NCBI GenBank assembly: GCA_905178155.1
Contig: CAJINV010000015.1
Coordinates: forward strand, 519,309-583,308
Length of the DNA stretch: 64,000 bases
Reading direction: 5' to 3'
Source of the DNA: Amoebophrya sp. A120
Taxonomy: Eukaryota; Protista; Dinoflagellata
The notes beneath the pieces are model-generated. The model saw only the letters and a program-made list of their open reading frames with translations. It did no database searches and was not told the origin of the DNA. Below are positions 24,047 to 35,900 of this stretch, in pieces. Position 1 is the stretch's first letter; each line of letters starts with the position of its first letter. Position numbers and translations under genes: made by a program.

Positions 24047-25677
24047 TTCAACTTTGTTTGTGTCAATCTAGTAAGTATGCGATGCAACTCCAGTACCACC
24101 GTTTCGGTTCCCGGGAGTTGAGAAGTAGAGCAATGCAGGCCTGGTTTCTCGCTCTCCATTTTGCTTGATGACCGAAAAATCTTGTCTTTCCGTCGTTTTA
24201 CAGTCGCACGTGCGGGTGATCTACCAGAGTGTGTTCTTATTTCCAAGGTTTGTCTTTGTCCTCGGACCGTGGGAGTTTGTGCGTTTGAGTTCTCTACTCC
24301 TGGTTATCTCGCGTACATACAACACCTTCTCTCGTACTTCTGTTGTTCACGTCGTGCAAGATAGATGACATTGACACGGCGTCCGCACACTGAAGCTCTG
24401 TCTTTTACGGTAACCACTTGATATTGATCTCTTCTAAGCAAGGTAGCTAATATTCGTTTTCTTTCTCTCTTACCATATTGCAGAGTAATTCTACCACACG
24501 GAAAAGTAATTGGAGACATCCGCTAACCCGTCCTACATGCACATCAAAAAAACGCAAGCAACTTCAAGAGGAGGAGGAGGAGCAGGACATCTCCGTCCAA
24601 CAAGAGACGAGGGAACACGAAATACATATTTGGCACAGTGTCCTACTTTGCCGACATTGTAAGCATGCGCATGCGGCGGCAAGAACAACCAATCTCCTGC
24701 TGGGTCGTTGTTGTCAGCTAGTATGTTCAGCTGACGTGGTTTTCTGCGATCTTTCAATACTGTTTATTGGCTCGAGCACTGTAGAAGTTCAAGGGCGGAT
24801 TCAGGTCCATCGCCAAAAAAGTAAACGCGTTTCGTTGGAATTTCTGGCTCGTTCAGCCGGTGCGGTTTCCGGAAAGTGGATTGAAGACGAGACGCAGTTA
24901 AAAGTTAGCGCTCAACATATGAGATCACTCATCTAGGCATGGACATAATTCCATTTTGAGAGCGGATGCGAAAAGGGTTGTAGTAGTTCGGAAGTCGCAG
25001 CGTAAAGATGAAGGAGCGTAACACCAACCTCGGACGACGAGGATACGAGAACGAATCGAAAGGCATTTTTTATTTTTCGGATATATTTTTTTTGAAGGGA
25101 CGAGGCGGCGTTTTTAGACGTCTCAAAAAGAGAGGAAATAGGAGGACTACTTTTAATATAAAATTACCATCAGCATTGCATCTTTCTTGATCTCACCAGG
25201 ACGCAGATGCTGACGCATGGGAACAAGCGTCGGTCCCGGTGTTTTTCAATCAAGTTGTAGCACTGGGCGATCTACTCGATCATGGAATAAAATTTCCCTA
25301 GCAAGATCACAACAATGGGGAGATCATATAAAACAACTTCAAGATTGGGATTGGCGCGCAATGACGGTGAAGCTCACTGCTGGTAGAAAACGCAGTACTA
25401 GGAGGAGCGAAGTTTTGCAGGTCACTGTGATCATCAACTACATGGAGCAACAATTTATTTTGTCCACCACCACCGCTCGCGACTTTCGTCCAGGACTAAA
25501 GGCATCCATGACTTGATTTTTGACACAAGCTGCAACAACAAAATGATGTGATGAACTCCAGGAAGCTAGTATTGAAACACCTGGTTATATATAATATCGC
25601 AAAGCCACCGCAAATGAGTCGCACGCATGAGAGTCGAGGCGATTCATCTTCAGTTTTATTTCTATACAATCCTACGG

Positions 25678-26031
25678 CTAAGCCTGAGGCAGACTGACCT
25701 CGCTCGCGCCACTCTTCGCAGTTGGGGACGATTCGGGGGTGGACGATGGAGACCCCGAGGATGATGACCCGCCCGCGGATGAAGCCCCGGCTTCCTGGCG
25801 GCGTTCCCTCCACTGCCTTATCTCGTCCGCGGCAATAATTGCCGGTGGCAAGAGCCCTCGACCGGTGCCCGACTGCCCCGGTGTGCACGCATGTGCCAAG
25901 CCTTTTCCGAGTGCCAGCATAGCCGCAGAACCAGGCTCCAGCCCCATCTCCACGAACGACGACTCCGCACCAGACTGTGTGCCCTGCGCACTATGGATGT
26001 AGCCAAACGCTGCCGGATTAAGCCGATTCAT
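25678..26031 (-). CDS. Small SSFVEM-motif hypothetical protein (paralog of 20016-20345)
   Basis: Nucleotide and protein similarity to 20040-20330. Confidence 0.35.
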   Translation of the reverse strand: MNRLNPAAFGYIHSAQGTQSGAESSFVEMGLEPGSAAMLALGKGLAHACTPGQSGTGRGLLPPAIIAADEIRQWRERRQEAGASSAGGSSSSGSPSSTPESSPTAKSGASEVSLPQA

Positions 26032-26240
26032 TTACACGACATCGCATGTTGAGTAAAAGGACTCAAAAGTACAAAAAGACGACAAAAGGTCGTTATTCTC
26101 TTGCCAGACTTGTACTACCCGTAGGTGTGAAAGAATGTAATGCTGGTGATCTTTATCTTCATGCCAGAGTCTTTGCTGCTGCAGCCTGGCTCGTGAATCA
26201 TTCTGCTTGCCTCGTCAGTGTTTCGCTTTGATAAAAGTCG

Positions 26241-26505
26241 TATCAAATGTAAAAATGTCTGGGTCTGGAAGGTTCTGAGACTTGTCATGCATGTTTTGCA
26301 TTGGCCATGATGTCTGTGATGCATGCCCTAGCATCACAGATTTTTTGAGGGCTTCGCGATGCCTATTCCGCGGCATGACAAATGCCCTCTCCGCGTAGCA
26401 AAAATTGCATTCCCTTTGCTGCTCATGCAATACAGATTTTTTCGGAATCCAAATTCAGCATCACAAGTTCCAATCTTCCAGACCCAGACATTTTTACATT
26501 TGATA
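26241..26505. mobile_element. Introner family E
   Basis: Near-perfect TIR, TSD agtcg. Confidence 0.9.
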
Positions 26506-26794
26506 AGTCGTTGCGGAAATTATCCGTCAGCATTCTCAAAAACTCGCAAGCACTGCAGAACTCGAGGGAATGCAACCAAAATGAAGTGGCCTGCTGTAGT
26601 ACTCCTCAATTTGAGAAATCCATGCTGAACCGTAAGGATTTTTTGATGCTGATAGAGATTGAGATGCAGACCACGTCAATCCAGCAGGTGGACCGTTTTA
26701 TTTTTCCTAAGGCAGGAGCAAAAATAAAGAGTGGACTACTGTTTCTGTTGCAACAGAAAGATGAAACTCAAATTGAGGACACAACAGGCAATTT

Positions 26795-28265
26795 TCATTT
26801 TTTCACCCCATAGACCGGCGACAACTTCTGGTCCGATGGGTTGATCAGATGCTGGCCGCTTTTCGAGTTTCCCGGTACCCCGGAAAAAACTTGCGCCAGC
26901 GGTCCACCGGGGAGGAACAGAGACTGGATGCCAACGATAATTCTCTGCGCTTCGATTTCGCTCTGGGATTGCAGAACCTTCGCCAGCTCCGCGACATCGA
27001 TAGTGTTGGAGGAATTCTGGTCCACGGTGGAAAACTCGTTTAGAAAATTCACCAACATCGGAAAGGGGATCATCTGCAGCGACGGGGTAATCAGGATGGT
27101 CTGGACGTTTTGCTGTGAGAATGAAGTTGAATCATTTTTTTCTTTTAGATTTTGTCAACATGAACATAATCATACGCTGCAAGCATATTTTTGAGCGCAA
27201 CAAGATCAGGTAAATCCATCCTCGTTTCTTCGCTGTAACATCACGTGCCCAGGAGCAAAACAAAAAAGTCTTCGTACCTGTAAATTCTCCCACTTCTTCA
27301 GTTCCACTTCGCCGCCACTAATTGCGCCGCTTTGGGCCTTCAGCCGACTTATGCATTGCAAAAGTATCGTCCTAGTTTATAAATCGCATCACAAATTTTG
27401 GCAAGAAGAAAAGTTGTGAGATTTGTATTGCTGTTTTTACCTTAGGAAGGAGATTTGCCATGCATTATATTTGCAATGAGTACGAGTACGATACTTTTGC
27501 ACAGGATACGACTTTCCGTGATCTTCACGGCTTTGGATTCCAGCAGATACCGGTAGAGGTCATCCTTGTCGAAGGAGGTTGTCATGCTGGACACCGTTTG
27601 CACGTCTAGGAGGGAGTTGGTAGATTGGAGTTCTCCCGGGTTACTTCCCTCCTCCTGGCTGCCGGCCCCTGCTTCGTCACTGAAACTGCCATCGAAATCC
27701 ACAACCTCAGCACTGTATGCATTGCAAATATGTCTGGGTCCGAAACTTGTGATGCAAGAAAGGGAAAAGTGGTGACCTCACTGTAATGCGCTGCCAAGCA
27801 TGACAAGTTTTTTCGTGGTCCTGAGTTGTGGGCCCCGCATGAGAAACTGCGTTTTTGCATGACAGGGAGGAGGAGCTCTTCGCGGCCACGCAATACAGAG
27901 TTTAGCGCCATGACAGACTAGCATGCCAAATCTCGCATTTTCCGAGACCCAGACACATTTGCATTTGATACACTGACGAATTGCTCGCGACCGGAGCCGT
28001 CGATCATGTGGACAACGGCCAGTGCTGTGACCACGGTGCTGCCACGCCGCGGCAACGACATGCGGGAGTTCTTACCACGGGGGATGATGGGATACAAATA
28101 GTTCGTCTTGAAAACAACAGGCCTGTTCTCACACTCCATAGTAACCGTTTCCTCCAACAACGGCGAGGCCTGTGATGTTTTGTATGAGCCAGCGTATCGG
28201 TAAACCGAACGACGGGCCAAATATTTGTTTCTCATGCACACATGCAATAAAACAAGACTTCTCAT
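26795..28265 (-). CDS. EF-hand-containing hypothetical protein, copy 2 (ends uncertain)
   Basis: EF-hand loop DQNSSNTIDVAEL; paralog of copy 1 lacking one introner. Confidence 0.55.
27350..27508. mobile_element. Introner family A
   Basis: TSD cgact. Confidence 0.9.
27716..27970. mobile_element. Introner family E
   Basis: TSD cactg. Confidence 0.9.
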
Positions 28266-29957
28266 GCTAGTTTTGTTCTGGATACAAAAAAAGTCCGCTT
28301 TGTTTGTCTCAATCTAGAAGACAATGCAAATCCAGTACCATGGTTCCCGGCAGTTGAGAAGCAGAGCAATGGCGCGTGCCTGGTTTCTCGCCCTCCATAG
28401 TACCCGCTTCCTCCAACAACGGCGAGGCCTGTGATGTTGTGTATTGGCGTATCGCCGGTAAACCGAAGGAAGCGCCAGCGGCAGCGCTACAGGGAAATAC
28501 TCCTCATGCGCGTATGCAATAAAACAAAACTTCTCATGCTAGATTTTTTCTGGGTACAAAAAACAATTCAACTTTGTTTCGTGTCAATCCACTTAGAAGA
28601 CGATGCAACTCCAGTACCATCCTCGTTTCGACCCGGGGCAGTTGAGAAGCAGAGCAATGCAGGCTGTCCATTATGTGATGACCGAAGAATCTTGATCTTG
28701 TCTTTCCGTCGTACTACAGTCGCACGTGCGGGTGATCTACCAGAGTGTGTTCTTATTTCCAGGATTTGTCCTCGAACGGTAGGAGTTTGTACGTTTGGGT
28801 TCTATAATCTCCTGGTCTCCTCGCGTACGTACAACACACCCTCTTGTATTTCTTCACGCCGTGCAAGATAGATGACACGGCGTCGTACTGAAGCTCTGTC
28901 TTTAACGGTAACCACTTGATGTTGATCTCGTCTTCTAGTAAGAAAGGCTAATATTCGTTTTCTTTCTCTCTTACCATATTGCAGAGTAACCACACGGAAA
29001 AGTAATAAGTGGAGACATGCGCAAACCCCTCCTACATAACATGCACATCAAAACACCGCAAGCAACATCAAGAAGAGGAGGAGGAGCAGGACATCTCCGT
29101 CCAACAAGAGACGAGGGAACACGAAATACATATTTGGCACATCTGCTACTTCGCCGACATTGTAAGCATGCGCATGCCGCGGCAAGAACAACCAATCTCC
29201 TGCTGGGTCGTTGTTGTCAGCTGGCACTTCATGTAGCTGGCGTTTTTTTTTATTTCTGCGATCTTTGAAAGAATGCTCTAGATTAACTCGAGCACTCCTG
29301 TATAAGTTCAAGGGCGGAATCAAGTTCATCGCCAAAAAAGTAAACGCATTTCGTTGGAATTTCTGGCTCGTTCAGCCGGTGCGGTTTCCAGAAAGTGGAT
29401 TGAATGCGAGATCAAATTCTTAAGAGTTAGAGATCATTCATCTAGGCACGGACATATTCCGTTTTGAGGGTGGATGCGAAAGAGGTCGTAGTAGTTCGGA
29501 AATCTTCGTAGCATAAAGATGAACTGGACCGCCCACACGACCTTTCTTCAGCACCAAACTAGTCGGTTACTAGAGAGCGACTATCAAGTAGTTGAAAACT
29601 GTATTCTTAAAAACAAGCGGCAAAGTAGATACCAGGGTCGTCGTGGTCGTGTCACGAGACCCGTCGGAAGAAGATCATTTTCAAACGACAATCGACGAGC
29701 CTTCGCAAAGGAAACAAGAGAGCAAAATAAATTCTGTATGATTTTTCGAATGTGTTGAAGTTCAATTTTATACTCGTTATCGAAGTCTTAGGCTCCAATG
29801 GTGGAGCAAAAAAATCAAGTTCGCGAACCGATAAAAAGCTGAAGCTGCCCTCGCGTGCATCGGGAGCAGGAATACCAGTGCTCTCCGTCTAATATCCGGT
29901 TGCACTCACACCAGGCACGCAGAGATTCAACACTTGGAACAAGCGTAAGTGCTCCGA

Positions 29958-32900
29958 CTAGTCCACCTCCATCTTATCATTCGTGTAGGTTCTCCCGACG
30001 TCGTTGCTGGCGCCTGCTTCCCCTGAGGCTTCCACTTCCGACTCTCCGGCAGAGCCACCGACCGGCGGCTGTTGACCTTTGAATGCCGCAGCACGCCCAG
30101 GTCCTCCTCGTTGATCCAGTTTCTTGTCGGCGAGCAGTCCACCTCGAGCAGACGAGGCAAATGACGGTCGTTCTTTCTCGCTGTAAGTGCGGCCAGCACC
30201 GCCTAGAAAAGCAGAAGCACCCGCTGCACGACCTCCTGCTCCTGCTGACGAAGTAAATAAACCGGCGTCCTCGTTGTTCGCTGGCGGCAGCTGCCTCGGC
30301 TTGTTACTGCTGTACTTTCGCAAATCCAGCGTCAGCACACCGCTGCAGTCATTCAGCTTATCTTTGTACACGCCCACAAGACCCTCGCTCTTGGAGAAAA
30401 ACTTGTCCTTCAGGGAAATCACGATGATCTGGCTGTTGTTGTTTTTCCCGATTTGATGTGAAGATGGAGCTTTTGAGGAGGAAGTCGAGGTTTTCGCCAA
30501 GAAGCGCCGCACCGACTGCACATTGTAAGCGTCGAGTGCGGCGTCGACTTCGTCCAGAATCAGGAACGGAGGTTTTTGGTAGGAATGCACCGCGAAGAGC
30601 AGCGCCAGGGCCGCCAGCGTTTTTTCCCCGCCCGAGAGCAAGGACATGTCGCGAAACCGCTTCGACGGCGCCATGGTGGTGTACTTGATGCCGCCCTCAA
30701 ACGGCCACTATCAACTGCAAACATGTGTGCCCACCCAGGTCTGGAGAAATAACGCATCAACGACTACTTGTGCTTGTCATGCTGCGTCGGTCTTGCATGA
30801 GATGGACGTGTTTTGTAGGCTACAGGAACGCGTCACAAGTTCAGATCTTAACGACGACATCGACATGCAAATCTTGCATCACATCAGATCCAGACCCAGG
30901 ACGAGCCTGCCTATTTGCACTGCATACCCACTCCGGGTTTTCCAAGTCCAAAAATGCCCTGCCGCCTTCGTCGATAATTTGGTTGCGGGTGCGCTTTTTG
31001 GAAAACTGGCGTTGGTGCGACAATGATTTTCTGTCTTGCAGCAAGCCGGATCGGTTTGCAGCTTTATCGTCAGGATCCATTTGTTCATCAGCATGTTGTA
31101 TCCTGTGCAAAAGTATCGTACTCGTACTAATTGCATTTATGCATTACAAATCTAGTTCCCAGGGCAAATCCGCATTACAAATTCAATTTGTAATGCTGAG
31201 CCAATTTGTATTGCAATTTATACTAGTACGTTACTTTTGCAATTCACATGTTGATCTACATCCTCTTCCTCGTACGTTGCCGTCAGGTCCTATCCCCTGA
31301 AAATTATCCATCCCCATCCAATTTGTCATGCAAAACATGTAGTAAATTCAGTGTTTGTCATGCAGAGAGTGGATGGGGAAGGTTAATTTTCAGGGAATAG
31401 GTCCGCATAGATGTCGTTGATACTCAAACACACGTTTTCGAAGCACTTTACGAAGCACTGCTTTCGCTTTTCTTTCAGCTGGGTGATCCGACCTTCCAAC
31501 TGCGCCGTCCTTGTCCGCATTTCCTCGGCTTGCTTCGTCTTTTCCTTGACATCCAGCTCCACCTCATTCGCCCGCTGCGCCGCCTTCAGGTTCGGCCGCA
31601 AACCGTATGAGAGTGCACAACTCCCCCTCCCCCTCATTTGTATTGCATTTTGCATGAACAGCAATACAAGCACCAGCATACGTGGTGCCTGTGCATGACA
31701 AATTCATGCGCCTAGTGTAGTACTGTTTGGGCTTCCGGAATCTCTCATGCAAACAGTGCCACAGGGAACGGGGAGCGAAGCAATTGTGGTTTGAGGTTTT
31801 GCATGACAAATGAGGGGGAGGGGGACGAGTTCTGCACTCTCATAAACCGTCGAGCTCCTGCTTGATTTTTTCTAACTCTTGCTCGTACTCGGCGGTCTGT
31901 TCGCGGATGGTGTCAAGGTCGGTAAGATTCTTCCGGTCGTCGGGAAGCGCCTGAAAATCGATTTCCAGGTCGTTGACGGTAAGATTTTTCGTGGACCCGG
32001 CGGACGACTGGATTTGTGGGAAGTTTTGCTGTACTGCTGGTCTAGAAGAACTGCTACTTCCTCCTGCAGCCGCACTGGAGGATGACGAAGAACTGCTTAT
32101 CCTGTGTAAAAACGTCCCCACACCATAGTTGTCATGCAACTCTGCATGCTTAAAATGTTTCTCATACGGAGCCCCATGAGACTCATTTTCTAATGCGGTT
32201 TGTAAATCTGTAATGCGCCAATCAGCATGAGACGCTAGATCTGTAATGCTGCTTAGCTAGCTCAAACAGCACTACACTACGCGTCCAAATTTGTCATGCG
32301 AAACGGCCAAAGCTTATGGATTTGTCTAGCGGATTTCCCATCTTGACTCTGGTGTGGGGACATTTTTACTCAGGATACTGCTGGCTCCAGGACCAGCCCG
32401 CCCGTTCTGTTGTGCGCCGCCGGACGAGGTTAGATTGTTGTCATTCAGCTCCAAAACAATCGCCTCGACCTGTTTCGCGGAAAGCGAAATGCTGTTCTGC
32501 TGCTGCTGCTGGTCCTCTTCCGAGGACTCCGGCGGCAGAAGGAGGTTCTTTTTGTTTTGCTTTTTCTTGTGCTTCTGCTGCGGATTTGGATTTGGATTTT
32601 GACCTCCGATTATAGCAGGACCTGCAACATGTTGGCCACCGGTCGTACCAACTATCTGCAACACCGGAATTTGCACCGCGTCCATTAGCGCGTGACGCCA
32701 CAAATCGCTGCGCCAACCTGATAGACAGTGAAGATTATAGGGCCAGTAGAAATAAAACACTACATACTAGATGGCAAAATCAGCCACAGAAATAGAAATT
32801 GAGATAACCTTATACCAACAACACATCTGCTATTGTAAAAAAGCTCTGAGACCACTACAGCAGACGAGGACACAGAGTCAACTAATACCTTGCAGCGATT

Positions 32901-35900
32901 CCACTTTGCCCTTGCAACCGTCTAGCTTCTTCCCCGCTTCTGCGCTGGCTTTTCGCTTTTCTATCAACTGTCTCTTCTGCTCGGTCAGCTCTATCCAGAG
33001 AAAAAAAATATCCATCTTCCCAATACATCTTTTGCGTGATTTGATAGTAGAAGACAGGTGACTACAAGCGCAGGCTGTAGACGTTCATGTTGTATTTTGC
33101 GTGACAAATAATTCATTGGATGAGGATGGGCGTAGTTCGTTCTCTGGCGATAAACTCCTGCTCTTTGTTAGTCTTTTCCTCTTTCAGCTCGCCAATTTTG
33201 GCTTTCGCCGTTTCCTTTTTCTGGCAAAATTCATCGTGCTCCTTGTCCAACTTTTCCAGTTCGGCGGTCAGTTTTTGGAGTTTCTCCTTTTCTATCCTCT
33301 CCAAAAGCATCGTACTGATTTCTGTTTTGCTAGTAGAAGTTTTTGCAATCTCAATCATGCATGGCAGGTATCTGCTCCTACCCTTCTTGAGCATGACAAC
33401 CTCCATTCCTTCTCCTGTGAAAAGTTGTAATCTAATGCATATAACTGCTTAGTACGATGCTTTATTTACCATGCGTATCCTCTTCCACGATCACATTTTG
33501 CTGCTGTTTCAAAGAATTCGCGGAATACCGACCTCCGCCGAAGTTTGCCATGCCGCGGGAAATGACAGAGCTGGAGTTCATCCTGGCATTTGCATTTATG
33601 CAAAGAAAAAAGTGTTACAGTTACACATTGTGTTGCACGACCGGCAACACAGACAACCTTTGTCATGCAGGAAATGCTTTGGAGACTCGTTTCCTTCGTG
33701 TTTTCCCTTATGATCTTTGCATTGCAAGTTTTCTCTGCCACACAGAGAAAATTTGTGATGCAGATACTCCAACAAATGTGTAACTGTAAGTAACACTTTT
33801 TTCTCGTGATAGCATTAGTGCTCCCTTTATTGTTGCCGTCACTCACGCTTGCCTGGAGCAACTCCAGCTGCGATTCCAGGTTCTCAATGTCGGTTTGCAT
33901 ATTGCCTGAAAATTAACCATCCCCATCCAATTTGTCATGCAAAACACGTAGTCAGTTCTGTGTTTGTGATGTAGAAAATGGATGGGGATGGTTGATTTTC
34001 ACGGAATATTGCAGCCTCGTCTCCTCCATACGCAGCTTTTCCCGCGCCCGTTTCTGCTGCAAATCCAGTGCACGTATGTCTCTTATCGGGGACGGCGGAT
34101 TTGAATTTTTTGAAGAAGAAGATGATGCACCACCACGACCGTGCTGGGTGTTTTTGCTTGATGCTGCTCCGGGCGGGGGAATGTTCTCCTTGTCTAGCTC
34201 TTCGACGGGTACCATTTCCACGTCCTGATCCTCGTTTGGGTTTGGACTGTGAACCTGTAATCCGAATAAATAATCGCCGTCACCTCCAATTATTTCGCCG
34301 TCGTCGACAAAAATTTCGTCGTTCAGCTCTTTGAAGAACGACCCCACGATGCCCTGGATTTCTTTCTCGATCTTCACCTGTTTCGTCTCGTTTTCTTTGA
34401 TGTCAGTTTCCTTTTCTTTCTTCTCTTTCTCGCACTTGTCCAGCTGCGGCCGCAAGACGGAATCCCTTTCTTTTTTCTTTCGTTTCAGATCTTCCTCCGA
34501 GCGGTTCAACCGCATCGTCTGCTCGGTTATGCGGTTCTGCAGCCTCTGCAAATCCGATTCCAGTGCTGTTTTCTCCCGTTGTCCGGCAGATTATGCATTG
34601 CACAAGTATCGTACTAGGTAGTAGTAGGCAATGCAAGTCTACTACTTTAAGCTCGAAAAAATATCGCCCCAACTTGTTCTGGTGCTGCTTGCAAAATGAG
34701 CGCAAAAATCCAAAAAGCCGCCTGCTCCCCACGGGTGAGGAGCGATTCCTAGGCGGCAGAACGGCTGAGACAAAAACAAAAAATCGCGCAACTTTTGAAA
34801 ATTGGCCAGCGTCTGCTGTTTAAGAAATAACCGCAAAAACCGAAAAAACCGCCGGCCCACGGGTGAGGAGCGATTCCAAGGCGGCAGACCGGCAGAGGCA
34901 AATGAAAAAAAACTTGCAATTTTCGCAAATTAGCCAGCGTCTGTTGTTTGAAAAATGACCGCAAAAATCGAAAAAAACGCCGGCCCACCGGTGAGGAGCG
35001 ATTCCAAGGCGGCAGAACGGCAGAGGCAAATGAAAAAAAACTTGCAATTTGCGAAAATTGGCCAGCGTCAACTGTTTGAAAAATGGCCGCAAAAACCAAA
35101 AAAACCGCCGGCCCACGGGGGAGGAGCGATTCCTAGGCGGCAGAAGCAGAACGGCTGAGGCAAAGACAGAAATAAAGTCCTAGCATGAAAAATGGAGCTT
35201 GTCGTAATGCGGGTCTTCCCTAAGAGAGGGATTTGCACTGCATGACTGCAATTACAACTACGAATACGATACATTTGCAGAGCATACCAATTCCAAATTG
35301 ACGATTTGTAAAACGTTTTTGTCGATCTGCTCCAGCCGGGAAGAAGCGTGTTGGAGTTGCTGGATGTCAAACTTTATCAAATGCAAAAGTGTCTGGGTCT
35401 GGAACAAAGCAACTTGTCATGCTAAATCTGAATCATGTAAAAATCTGTGTTGCATGATTGCCAGAAGCTGCCCACTTTTGACCTAATCGAGAGGCAGTGT
35501 CTCATGCAGGATAGGCATGATAGAGCTAACACAGAATCTGTCATGCTAGTCCTACATACCAGACCTCATGGGTCAGGGAAAACCTGCATGACAAGTCTGG
35601 CATTCTTCCAGACCCAGACATTTTTGCATTTGATAAACTTCGTGCCGCCCTCCTGCGTGGCGTCGGAATTCACCGTCATGTTTCCGTTCGGTTTGATCAT
35701 CTCACCATGCAGCTATCCTGAGTGAAAACGTACCCACACCATAGTTGTCATGCAAATCTGCATGCTTAAAATGTTTGCCATGCGGAGCCCCATGAGAAGC
35801 ATTGTCTAATGGTGTTTTGAAATTTGTCATGCTCCAATCAGCATGAGAGACTAGATCTGTAATGCTGCTGAACTAGCTCAAACAGCACTACACTACGCGT

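Larger units (their letters stand above)
22316..25012 (+). repeat. Segmental duplication, copy 1
   Basis: Colinear, highly similar to ~26806-29523. Confidence 0.9.
26806..29523 (+). repeat. Segmental duplication, copy 2 (internal ~260-bp tandem duplication at ~28130-28660)
   Basis: Colinear with 22316-25012. Confidence 0.9.
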
